Part shown: positions 20,786 to 28,158 of the stretch, one piece after another
Layout: each line of letters opens with the position of its first letter
How positions within the stretch are numbered: the first letter of the stretch is position 1
Assembly: GCA_963813155.1 (NCBI GenBank)
Contig: CAWEYG010000003.1
Location: 160,001 to 224,000 of the forward strand
Direction of reading: 5' to 3'
Source of the DNA: an uncultured Acidobacteriota bacterium
GTDB taxonomy: Bacteria; Acidobacteriota; Thermoanaerobaculia; UBA5066; DATFVB01
Length of the DNA: 64,000 nucleotides
Program-made: the position numbers and the translations under genes
Notes under the pieces: model-generated
Databases searched by the model: none
Seen by the model: the letters and a program-made list of their open reading frames with translations, nothing else
Told to the model about the DNA's origin: nothing

Positions 20786-21240
20786 TCAAGGATCCTATCT
20801 CTGACGGAACCGAGTTTCGCTACCTATCCATTGTCAGGCAGACCAGAACGGCCGCCACGAAAACGGCTACCCACCAACCCCACAAGTGAGCGGCGATTCC
20901 GCAAGCAATCAAACCGACGCAGACCCGGACGACCTCGATGGCACACCCGGTAGAGTCGAATCCCTCGCGGTCCATGCGATTCGGCGCCCTCATTCCTCTT
21001 CGGGAAGCTTACCTCTGTCGCAATCAGAGCAAAACGCCGGACCTTCGCCGGGCTTGAGTGGCTGGTGACACAGGTCACAATTCCGCGGCGTCGCCGGGTT
21101 CGTCATCGGAGCGTTCGGGTCGCGATCGTTCATCCGCATTTCTCCCTTCGCAGAAAAGAATAATCCTACCTGACCGCCTCTCGCGCACGTTCCGTCTTCT
21201 CGCGGAAGCGAGAGTAAAGAGTACCCGTTTCATTGGCCCG

Positions 21241-21756
21241 TCAGGGTTTCAGCTTGTACTCGGCGGCCATCGGGCCGGCGCCGGCCTGGTACTTTCGGGC
21301 GCGGGCGAGTTCGGCGATCTGGCGGATGTGGCCGAGGTCGTGGAGCGCCCATTCATTCAACATCTGCGCGAGGGTGATCTCGCCGTACTCCTGGTGCAGG
21401 GCGAGGCGATCTCCCGCGCCGGCGGGGAGGTTGCGGAGAAACGCGATGTTGTCCTCGCGCTGCTCCTCGAACTGATCGAAGGCATCTTCGGGGTCGGCGT
21501 CGCGATAGAGGTCGAGATACATCTGAGCGTCGTCGGGCTCGAACTCGGGACGCGTCTCCGCCAGGAAACGGTCGAGGCGCATGCGGTAGCAGTGGCCTTC
21601 GGAGTGCGAGAGGTGGGCCAGCACCTCGGCGACCGAGAAGCGTTCGGGCGCAGGCTTCCAGCGGGCGTCCGCCTCGGTCAGTTCCGTCATCAGTCCGCGG
21701 AGAATTCCCGGGGTGGCCTCCAGCAGATCGAGACAGGGCAGCCCGCTTTCCGTCAT
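21241..21756 (-). CDS. DinB family protein
   Basis: WKPAPERFSVAEVLAHL...ALHDLGHIRQI. Confidence 0.9.
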   Translation of the reverse strand: MTESGLPCLDLLEATPGILRGLMTELTEADARWKPAPERFSVAEVLAHLSHSEGHCYRMRLDRFLAETRPEFEPDDAQMYLDLYRDADPEDAFDQFEEQREDNIAFLRNLPAGAGDRLALHQEYGEITLAQMLNEWALHDLGHIRQIAELARARKYQAGAGPMAAEYKLKP

Positions 21757-21804
21757 GGGCTCATCGTACTTCCGAAGGCGCGGGAATCGGGCGAGGGGCC
21801 GCCG

Positions 21805-21833
21805 TTGCCGACTGCCGACGACTCCGATAAAAT
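21805..21833 (+). promoter_or_regulatory. Sigma70 promoter of tRNA-Gly
   Basis: TTGCCG-17 bp-TAAAAT, 13 bp upstream of the tRNA. Confidence 0.75.
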
Positions 21834-21846
21834 CCGGCTTCGCTGA

Positions 21847-21921
21847 GCGGGCATAGTTCAGCGGTAGAACGTCAGCTTCCCAAGCTGAATGTCGTCGGTT
21901 CGATCCCGATTGCCCGCTCCA
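21847..21921 (+). tRNA. tRNA-Gly (CCC)
   Basis: GCGGGCA/TGCCCGC acceptor stem, TCAGC-TTCCCAA-GCTGA anticodon arm, GGTTCGATCCC T arm, encoded CCA. Confidence 0.98.
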
Positions 21922-21958
21922 CTACTTCACCCAGGCGGGCACAGGAATCGTGAATAAC

Positions 21959-21990
21959 GGCGGGGGAGTACGATCCCCCGCCTTTCTTTT
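21959..21990 (+). terminator. Rho-independent terminator after tRNA-Gly (inside the island)
   Basis: GGCGGGGGA-GTACGA-TCCCCCGCC-TTTCTTTT. Confidence 0.8.
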
Positions 21991-22263
21991 CGTCTTTGCC
22001 ACCCGTGCTCACCCTCGCCACGAATTTCCTCCGGTGGACGGGAAAAACAGCCACAAAAACAGCCACAGCCACACCAAGCCAAGAAATAGTTTCGATTGCC
22101 CACAGCTACCGTGCCCCAGCGGCTCTGGTGGCCGTGTCCGCCTCGAGCCAAGTTGTCCATGCCCGCCGCCCCCATCGTCCTGATCGTGAAGGTGGAAACT
22201 AGGCTTTTCCGAAGATTCGTGCGGTGAAGCAGGCGCTATTCAGCCCGATTTCGGGCGGTTCCC

Positions 22264-24006
22264 CTATCGGTGAAGGCGGAAATTCACGGTTACGGTCAAG
22301 TACACGGCGACCGGATTCCCGTTGAGCTCAGCTGGTCGGTAGGTCCACTGGGAAATCGCGTTCATCGCCGCGGCATCCAAAGCGAGTGCGGAGCTTTTGA
22401 TGATGTGCAAGTCTTTGACGCACCCCACCCTGCTGATGACCGCCTCAATGATCGTAATGCCCTCCAGATGCGCCTGCCGTGCGCCAATCGGATAATCCGG
22501 CTCGACCCGTCCGGAAATCGTCGGTGGTTTGATTCCTCCCCGTATCCTCACCGTTTCGCCCCTTGACGTGATTGGCCGCGATTCCTCGTCGCACGAAAAG
22601 AATCCGCTCTGCAACGAGGTTTCGATGGTCAACGGATCGTCGATCGTGGTCGGTTCGTTCGCTGGGGCAAGGGACAACAAATATAGGCTCTTGAATGCGT
22701 CGAAGCAGGCGACCTTGATCGGGTCACCGACGAGCATCGTGATCGTGGCCGGTCGCCCATCGGGCCGGTATCCGACCTTAGCAAGCCCTGCGACATCGCA
22801 GGAAGCCACTTTGCGGAGATCTATCCCCAGGCCATGCGGCAAGTCTTGCGCCATCCACATTTTCGGCTGGGTGAGAAACGCCGGTTCGGTGCTTGCGTGT
22901 GGCTTGGAAGGTTCTTTCATGTGCTCGAGGAGGCTTGATTGCAGCTCCGGCGGCGCATTCTTCACATTTCGCTCGTCGATCGCGGAACGCTCGCCTTCGG
23001 TCAGATACCGTCGAAGAGGGCTCAAGTCGAGGTCGCTGTCGAGGTGACAGTGTTCATTGGTGCGAAGGCAGGCGATCCAATCCTTGTTCTCGACGGCAGG
23101 CTGGCCGAGAACCCGGCGCAGTAGTTCCTGACCGAACGCCACTTCCGGGTCGGCCGAGGCATCGTGCGTGGAAGTCTCCGCGTTCTTGAGGATCGCGAGG
23201 AGCTGGCTCCCATCGGGGGGAGGTTGGTCGCAATACTCTCTCGCCAGATACCAGGCGGTCTCGCTGCGGAGGGCGGGAGCCTCGGAGCCGAGCGCGGTCC
23301 TCACCACGGGCGAAGATGCAAGCGCGGGGTCATGTCGAGCGTCGGACAGGATCGCCCTCCACGAAGTGAGATCGTTGCGACCAAGGGCCATCGAGGCGGC
23401 CCCGAGAAGGCTGTCCTGTCCTCGAGTGGCGATGCGGAAAAAGGCCGCGCGATCTCCATCCAGGAGGTGCAATTTGTCGAGCTTGTCGAAATACATCGGC
23501 AACGCCGCGAGCCCCCGCGCACGGGCAAGCGCGAGCACGAGGTCGGCGTCTATGGCGCCGCCGAATCGCGAAGCCGCCTCGAGAACGAAAGAATCCTTGT
23601 TTCCAGGCCCAACGAGGATGATCGCCCGGATCTCTTCACGGGCGGCGGTGACGGCTGTTTCTTTCGCGAGTGCGGATTCCACGTCTGGAATGAGAGCGGA
23701 AACACCGCACGTCGTAACGGCTCGCGCCGCAACGCCGCGCACGTCGGGATTGGAATCTGCAAGCGCCGCCCTCCAGCGAGCAACTACCTGGGGGTCCTTG
23801 GAGTAAGGAGCCAGGAGCGCGATCGAGGCTGGCGAAACGGGCTTCCTCAGCAGAGATGACAGCCCGTCGGCAAAGGCGACCGGGGCGAGGCTCAACGAGC
23901 AAAGGAATAGAGCTCCGAGAATGGATGGCGCCAACGACCCGGCTTCAGCGGCAAGGCCGCAGGCCGAAGTCCGCTGCAAGCCGATGATGGGTGCGAAGCT
24001 TGTCAT
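22264..24006 (-). CDS. HEAT-repeat plus TonB C-terminal domain protein (cassette); start uncertain
   Basis: ALADSNPDVRGVAARA HEAT-like repeat; PDYPIGARQAHLEG...ISQWTYRPAELNGNPV TonB_C. Confidence 0.8.
   Translation of the reverse strand: MTSFAPIIGLQRTSACGLAAEAGSLAPSILGALFLCSLSLAPVAFADGLSSLLRKPVSPASIALLAPYSKDPQVVARWRAALADSNPDVRGVAARAVTTCGVSALIPDVESALAKETAVTAAREEIRAIILVGPGNKDSFVLEAASRFGGAIDADLVLALARARGLAALPMYFDKLDKLHLLDGDRAAFFRIATRGQDSLLGAASMALGRNDLTSWRAILSDARHDPALASSPVVRTALGSEAPALRSETAWYLAREYCDQPPPDGSQLLAILKNAETSTHDASADPEVAFGQELLRRVLGQPAVENKDWIACLRTNEHCHLDSDLDLSPLRRYLTEGERSAIDERNVKNAPPELQSSLLEHMKEPSKPHASTEPAFLTQPKMWMAQDLPHGLGIDLRKVASCDVAGLAKVGYRPDGRPATITMLVGDPIKVACFDAFKSLYLLSLAPANEPTTIDDPLTIETSLQSGFFSCDEESRPITSRGETVRIRGGIKPPTISGRVEPDYPIGARQAHLEGITIIEAVISRVGCVKDLHIIKSSALALDAAAMNAISQWTYRPAELNGNPVAVYLTVTVNFRLHR
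23929..23992 (-). other. attC-like site
   Basis: ACCCATC-ATCGGCTTGCAGCGGACTTCGGCCTGCGGCCTTGCCGCTGAAGCCGGGTC-GTTGGCG on the coding strand. Confidence 0.8.
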
Positions 24007-24371
24007 AGGTGCTTCCACTCTTCGACGACTACTTGGAACGGGTCTTCATAAAGGACTTCCCCCGGGTTCTTTGACCGCAGAAGTCTCACGGGAACACCAT
24101 GATCTTTGAGGAGTGATGTGAGTTCCCAGAGCCTCCGGATCGGCTCTCCCGCTCCATCCTTGAGCCATGCCACCGCCTCTTTCGTCCAGCCGCTGCTCTT
24201 GAAAGGCGGGCAAGGAAGGTTTGCGTCGAGCCATTCGTATGTTTCTTCGAGACGATCGGCCTGATAACGGTCCAGCTCTCCACGGTCCCGAAGGAGGCGC
24301 GCCTCCGCGACGATGCCCGTGAGCCCCCAATGGTGCTCGTGGTCATGGCCGACTACAAACCGCACGAACAT
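24003..24371 (-). CDS. Hypothetical protein (cassette)
   Basis: Clean 122 aa ORF lying between two attC-like sites. Confidence 0.75.
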   Translation of the reverse strand: MFVRFVVGHDHEHHWGLTGIVAEARLLRDRGELDRYQADRLEETYEWLDANLPCPPFKSSGWTKEAVAWLKDGAGEPIRRLWELTSLLKDHGVPVRLLRSKNPGEVLYEDPFQVVVEEWKHL

Positions 24372-24379
24372 CTTTGAGC

Positions 24380-24437
24380 ACCGGACGCGGCGTCAGCGGT
24401 GGCGCGAAGCGACATCCGCTGGACGCCAGTGTCGAGC
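24380..24437 (-). other. attC-like site with mutated R boxes
   Basis: GCTCGAC-ACTGGCGTCCAGCGGATGTCGCTTCGCGCCACCGCTGACGCCGC-GTCCGGT hairpin. Confidence 0.7.
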
Positions 24438-24440
24438 GAC

Positions 24441-24772
24441 TCAGCCCGATGGTGCTGCAAGATATATCCTCACAGTTCGGCCGTTAGCGAATGTTATGGT
24501 GAAGCCATTCTCGATCTCGCACGAGCATTCCGTAGCGTATCGCCACTCGTTCGTCCCGGTACCATTTTCTGGCGGACCGAGATTCTCAAGAACTTCCATC
24601 CTGGTGGACCCGAGGTGGAGAGCGCCCCAGTTGCCGAACCCTTCGCGCGGGTTGAAGTAGGCCCTAATAGCCTTTTTCTGCTCCCTTGGCGAAAGCTCTG
24701 GATCTACGCCGGTAGAAAGGGTGAGATCCCCAACGACGTTGTCCGTGTAGCACTTTGCGTGAAGCTTAGAGG
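24441..24772 (-). pseudogene. 5'-truncated cassette gene (BamE-like VLENLGPPE...EWRY...ITFANG)
   Basis: The ORF's N-terminus runs into an attC half-site, suggesting deletion of the original start. Confidence 0.5.
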
Positions 24773-24795
24773 CCCGTTGCCAGCCGATGTTAACC
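24773..24795 (-). other. attC-like 5' half-site
   Basis: GGTTAAC-ATCGGCTGGCAACGG; TAA stop of the 24790 ORF lies inside the R'' box. Confidence 0.65.
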
Positions 24796-25200
24796 GTTCT
24801 CACGGTTGACACCTTTCGAAAGCAACGAGAAGGTTATGGCGGCAAAGACTCCAGCCAGCAGAGCTCGGCCGGCCGCCTCGCCGACCTTTCCCGGCCAAGG
24901 TGCACCGCTGTAGTGAACGTCAGTCAGAAAGAACACTCCGGTTATTACCGCCAAGCCGATGACCCATGCGAGACGAGGCGGACGGCGGATCAGGAACGCG
25001 ATGCCGCCCCCCGTGATTGAACCGGCAACAATCCACTGCAGGGCGAATAAAGTTGGAAACGCCCAGGGCTCGCGGCGCACCAGACTGCTCCCCAGAGCGA
25101 CGCTGACAACCCCGACGGCGAGACCTGATAGCCAGAATGCGACGTAAGCGATTCCAACGACCGCGGCAGCATCGGCAATATTCTGGCGATCGTCAATCAT
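24790..25200 (-). CDS. Four-TM membrane protein (cassette)
   Basis: Hydrophobic 136 aa ORF; ATG about 8 nt after the R' box. Confidence 0.7.
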   Translation of the reverse strand: MIDDRQNIADAAAVVGIAYVAFWLSGLAVGVVSVALGSSLVRREPWAFPTLFALQWIVAGSITGGGIAFLIRRPPRLAWVIGLAVITGVFFLTDVHYSGAPWPGKVGEAAGRALLAGVFAAITFSLLSKGVNRENG

Positions 25201-25208
25201 TTTGAGCC

Positions 25209-25273
25209 ACCCAACGCCCCGCCCCCAGCGGCAAGGCTGCAGGCCGAAGTCCGCTGCACGCCGATGGTCGGGT
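25209..25273 (-). other. attC-like site
   Basis: ACCCGAC-CATCGGCGTGCAGCGGACTTCGGCCTGCAGCCTTGCCGCTGGGGGCGGGGC-GTTGGGT; flanks GCCACCC/GGGTGGC are complementary. Confidence 0.8.
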
Positions 25274-25281
25274 GGCGTGGG

Positions 25282-25557
25282 TTAGCTTTCGTCATCGCGC
25301 GCCTTGAGGTCTCTGATGCCACCCTTGACATTCCACACCCATACCGCAAGGAGAATGGGGATACCGATGGCTAGGAAGAGTCCCCCTGTCACATTGGCTC
25401 CCGTGCGGAGGGCTTTCACCACGCCCGAGAGTACTAAGAGCCAGACTCCGGAAAATACGAGGAAGAAGAAAACCGAACCTATCACCCGCGCCCTCGCCAA
25501 TCGTCGCCGAGTGTGGACCGGCCAACCCTTGATCATGCGCTCACCGCTGCCCGACAC
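25282..25557 (-). CDS. Two-TM membrane protein (cassette)
   Basis: Hydrophobic ORF between an attC half-site and a full site. Confidence 0.65.
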   Translation of the reverse strand: MSGSGERMIKGWPVHTRRRLARARVIGSVFFFLVFSGVWLLVLSGVVKALRTGANVTGGLFLAIGIPILLAVWVWNVKGGIRDLKARDDES

Positions 25558-25874
25558 CCGAACGACCCGGCTTCAGCGGCAAGGCCGCGGGGCGCCTGCC
25601 ATGCCGAGGCCTCAACCCCAAAGTCGGCCCGAGCCTGTTCAAGCGCATCCTCGAGCGAAGAATGCCACGAGTCGTTCATGGAGGTTCCATCTTCTCTTGA
25701 CCACTCCAAGATGAAACCGCCGTCTTCCTGAAGAATCCTCAGGTTCAGGCGGTCTACCTGAGATGGAGTGGCTGGAGGGGCCGCTGCATTAGGCGGTAGC
25801 CAACCATGAGCCTGCGCGCCGCCAGAGCGAACCACGCAGCCGAGAGCTTCCTTGATGAGAATGCTGTTACCCAC
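25533..25874 (-). CDS. Hypothetical protein (cassette) whose C-terminus reads through the attC half-site
   Basis: DSWHSSLEDALEQARADFGVEASAW followed by attC-encoded GLAAEAGSF. Confidence 0.7.
   Translation of the reverse strand: MGNSILIKEALGCVVRSGGAQAHGWLPPNAAAPPATPSQVDRLNLRILQEDGGFILEWSREDGTSMNDSWHSSLEDALEQARADFGVEASAWQAPRGLAAEAGSFGCRAAVSA
25557..25588 (-). other. attC-like 3' half-site
   Basis: GCGGCCTTGCCGCTGAAGCCGGGTC-GTTCGGG. Confidence 0.75.
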
Positions 25875-25878
25875 GGCC

Positions 25879-25945
25879 CTCTAACGCCCCGGCTTCAGCG
25901 GCGGCCGGCCGCAGGCGCGACATCCGCTGCACGCCGATGTTAGAA
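25879..25945 (-). other. attC site (best preserved)
   Basis: TTCTAAC-ATCGGCGTGCAGCGGATGTCGCGCCTGCGGCCGGCCGCCGCTGAAGCCGGGGC-GTTAGAG; RDD stop codon inside R''. Confidence 0.9.
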
Positions 25946-26491
25946 AGCATTGGTTCCAAGCGGTTTCTCGACGACCACAACCGTACCCGCAATGAAGTCA
26001 TGCAGGGCGCGTTTCTTCCGGTTGCTGACCAAGACGATCGCTTCGGCGAGTACCCAGGCGAAGATGCTCCACCTGAAAAAATATAACGAATGTGGCTCTA
26101 ACTGCCGGAACTGCTTCGACCGTTCTCGCCAACTCAGCGCTGCAAAGGTGACGGCCGGCATTCGGGAATACGCCACGAGGCTCCGAAGGAACGACGCTAT
26201 CGATGGAAACACATCAACGCATAGGCGAATGCTCGCCTGAGTCCAGGTCGCTCGCGTTCCGTCAAGGGCAAGAACCTTGATACCCGCGACCGACTTGCCA
26301 ATCGTCTTTCCCCACCGTCCGACGAAATAGATCGGATAAGCCAACGCTGCGACCTCGAACACGATCAGCGCCGAGATGGTGGCTTCTTTCGAATGGGAGT
26401 ACGCAACGAAGAACACCACGTAGAGCGGAACGAACACAACGAAGTCGATGAGGTGGGCTGCGACCCGGCGCCAGAACCCGGCGTAGATCAT
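25940..26491 (-). CDS. RDD family membrane protein (cassette)
   Basis: YAGFWRRVAAHLID...GKTIGK...RALHDFIAGTVVV. Confidence 0.92.
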   Translation of the reverse strand: MIYAGFWRRVAAHLIDFVVFVPLYVVFFVAYSHSKEATISALIVFEVAALAYPIYFVGRWGKTIGKSVAGIKVLALDGTRATWTQASIRLCVDVFPSIASFLRSLVAYSRMPAVTFAALSWRERSKQFRQLEPHSLYFFRWSIFAWVLAEAIVLVSNRKKRALHDFIAGTVVVVEKPLGTNAF

Positions 26492-26514
26492 CGTCGCTCA
26501 CCCCGTTTGATGCT

Positions 26515-26576
26515 TCCGAACGACCCGGCTTCAGCGGCAAGGCCGCAGGCCGAAGTCCGCTGCAAACCGGGTCGCC
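26515..26576 (-). other. attC-like site lacking R''
   Basis: GGCGACCCGGTTTGCAGCGGACTTCGGCCTGCGGCCTTGCCGCTGAAGCCGGGTC-GTTCGGA. Confidence 0.8.
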
Positions 26577-27269
26577 TCACGGCTTGGTTTTCTTCACGCA
26601 TAGGGTGTCCGCCTCAATCGGAGCGCACGGCCGAAGATCTGAATAGCAGCCCTCGGGCGCACGAAAGAAACAATCGATCACTCTCAGGTTGCTTGACGCT
26701 GGGCTTCTTTCGTTCGGATGCTGAAGCGCATAGACCTCGCCACTGGCCATGGCAACGGCAGTGAAAACCGTGTTGCCGTACCACTTCTCGTCTTCGGTCT
26801 TCTCGAATGAAGCGACCACTTTCATCTCGGCGGTCACCGCTCTCAAAGCCGCAGACGCATCGGCCGGCACAAGCGGAACGGCCTGGAGCGCGGAGTGTGC
26901 AGTTCTCACGAACTCATCGAGTCGCCTGAACTGCTGATGGTCGATCCGGTTCCTCACTCCCGTCCCGCCAGACGTGGCCGTATGGGTTGACGCGCATCCG
27001 GTGGCGAGAAAAGCCACAAAGATCGCACCGACCGTAAGAGGATGCGACATCCGCCGCACGCCGGTGTTAGCCCGCACGCCTTCCAGCTCCCTGCACTCCT
27101 GGACGATGAGGATAGCGACCGCTACCGCCAAGACCCACCAGACCGGATGAGGAAGGTCGAGGCGAGTCGCCGCCAAGAACATGGCGCAAGGTGCCGCGAT
27201 CAACAAGACAATTCTCAAGAACAGCTTTCCGGAACGCGATGTCTCGACGGGTTGCGACGATGCCATCAC
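26577..27269 (-). CDS. Chimeric ORF: two-TM cassette fused to a lipoprotein-like cassette
   Basis: GAGGAGG RBS; internal attC half-site at 27044-27072; internal lipobox FLATGC. Confidence 0.65.
   Translation of the reverse strand: MMASSQPVETSRSGKLFLRIVLLIAAPCAMFLAATRLDLPHPVWWVLAVAVAILIVQECRELEGVRANTGVRRMSHPLTVGAIFVAFLATGCASTHTATSGGTGVRNRIDHQQFRRLDEFVRTAHSALQAVPLVPADASAALRAVTAEMKVVASFEKTEDEKWYGNTVFTAVAMASGEVYALQHPNERSPASSNLRVIDCFFRAPEGCYSDLRPCAPIEADTLCVKKTKP
27044..27072 (-). other. attC-like 5' half-site inside the ORF
   Basis: GGCTAAC-ACCGGCGTGCGGCGGATGTCGC, close to the left arm of the 25879-25945 site. Confidence 0.75.
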
Positions 27270-27288
27270 ACCCTCCTCAACTTTTGCC

Positions 27289-27326
27289 GCCTAACGACCC
27301 GGCGTCAGCGGCGGCGAACCGCCGGA
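27289..27326 (-). other. First recombination site of the array (attC 3' half with perfect R')
   Basis: CGCCGCCGCTGACGCCGGGTC-GTTAGGC (GTTRRRY) about 20 nt before the first cassette start. Confidence 0.75.
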
Positions 27327-27441
27327 ACGACGTTTGCTGCGAGATGCTAACCCGCTTACCGCCTGGCGGGAACCGTGTCGGCAGCCACAGGAAAAAGGTG
27401 CGGAGGTATCGATCTCATAGCTCGCCCCTTACAAGAACCGG

Positions 27442-27493
27442 CGTCAGCTTCCCAAGCTGAATGTCGTCGGTTCGATCCCGATTGCCCGCTCCA
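27442..27493 (+). repeat. attR: displaced 3' 52 bp of tRNA-Gly
   Basis: CGTCAGCTTCCCAAGCTGAATGTCGTCGGTTCGATCCCGATTGCCCGCTCCA identical to 21870-21921. Confidence 0.97.
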
Positions 27494-27510
27494 ATTTTTT
27501 CTCACCGGTG

Positions 27511-27623
27511 CCCCCTCACCCGGTCCTCGCTCGCCGCGCTCGCGAGTCCCACCCTCTCCCTCGAGGGCAGCCTTCGAATCGCTTGGTGAACGCGGGAGGG
27601 CAAGCGCAGCGCGGGAGAGGGGG
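27511..27623. repeat. REP-like palindrome
   Basis: CCCCCTCACCCGG...CCACCCTCTCCC...GGGAGAGGGG. Confidence 0.55.
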
Positions 27624-27669
27624 AACCTGGGTTGTCATTTCCGGCCCGGGGAACTAAACTCGGGATTCC

Positions 27670-28158
27670 ATGGCTTTGTTCGGGAACAAGGAAAAAGAAA
27701 GATCGTTGCCGCCGAGCCCTCCGCCCGCAGCCGCGCCCAGCGCGGGGCCGGCGAAGGCGGCGAGCAAGGCCTCGGGAGGATCTACCGTGATCGGAAGCCA
27801 GATCAAGCTGACGGGCGAAATTTCGGGCGATGAAGACGTCGAGATCCAGGGACGAGTCGAGGGGACCATCAGCCTCAAGAAGAACCTCGTCATCGCGACC
27901 GGGGGCTCGGTGGACGCGAAGATCCACGCGAAGAACGTCACGATCTCCGGAAAGGTCAAGGGCGATGTGACCGCCGACGAGCGGGTCGAGCTGCTCGCAT
28001 CGGGCTCGCTGGAAGGAAACGTTCGCGCGCCGAAGATCGTCATCTCGGAGGGCGCGCACTTCCGGGGCAGCGTCGACATGTCGGCCTCCCGGCCCGAAGC
28101 CGCGAAGATGAGCGAGCCGCCGAAGCCGCCCGTTCCCGGGCCGCTGCCCGGCCACTGA
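27670..28158 (+). CDS. Bactofilin (polymer-forming cytoskeletal protein)
   Basis: [28 protein letters not shown]...ISEGAHFRG. Confidence 0.92.
   Translation: MALFGNKEKERSLPPSPPPAAAPSAGPAKAASKASGGSTVIGSQIKLTGEISGDEDVEIQGRVEGTISLKKNLVIATGGSVDAKIHAKNVTISGKVKGDVTADERVELLASGSLEGNVRAPKIVISEGAHFRGSVDMSASRPEAAKMSEPPKPPVPGPLPGH

Larger units (their letters stand above)
21870..27493. mobile_element. tRNA-Gly-integrated island without integrase, carrying an attC cassette array
   Basis: Exact 52 bp direct repeat 21870-21921 / 27442-27493; visibly lower GC; co-oriented minus-strand ORFs separated by attC-like hairpins. Confidence 0.85.

Noticed and set aside
20871-21120. CCAACCCCACAAGTGAGCGGCG as the end of a long attC
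   Set aside because: No convincing complementary partner arm could be found by eye.
23929-27326. Repeats as a CRISPR array
   Set aside because: Repeats are about 60 bp imperfect hairpins separated by gene-sized ORFs of variable length; no cas genes are present.
27442-27493. Second tRNA-Gly gene
   Set aside because: Lacks the 5' acceptor strand and D arm; it is an attR fragment.
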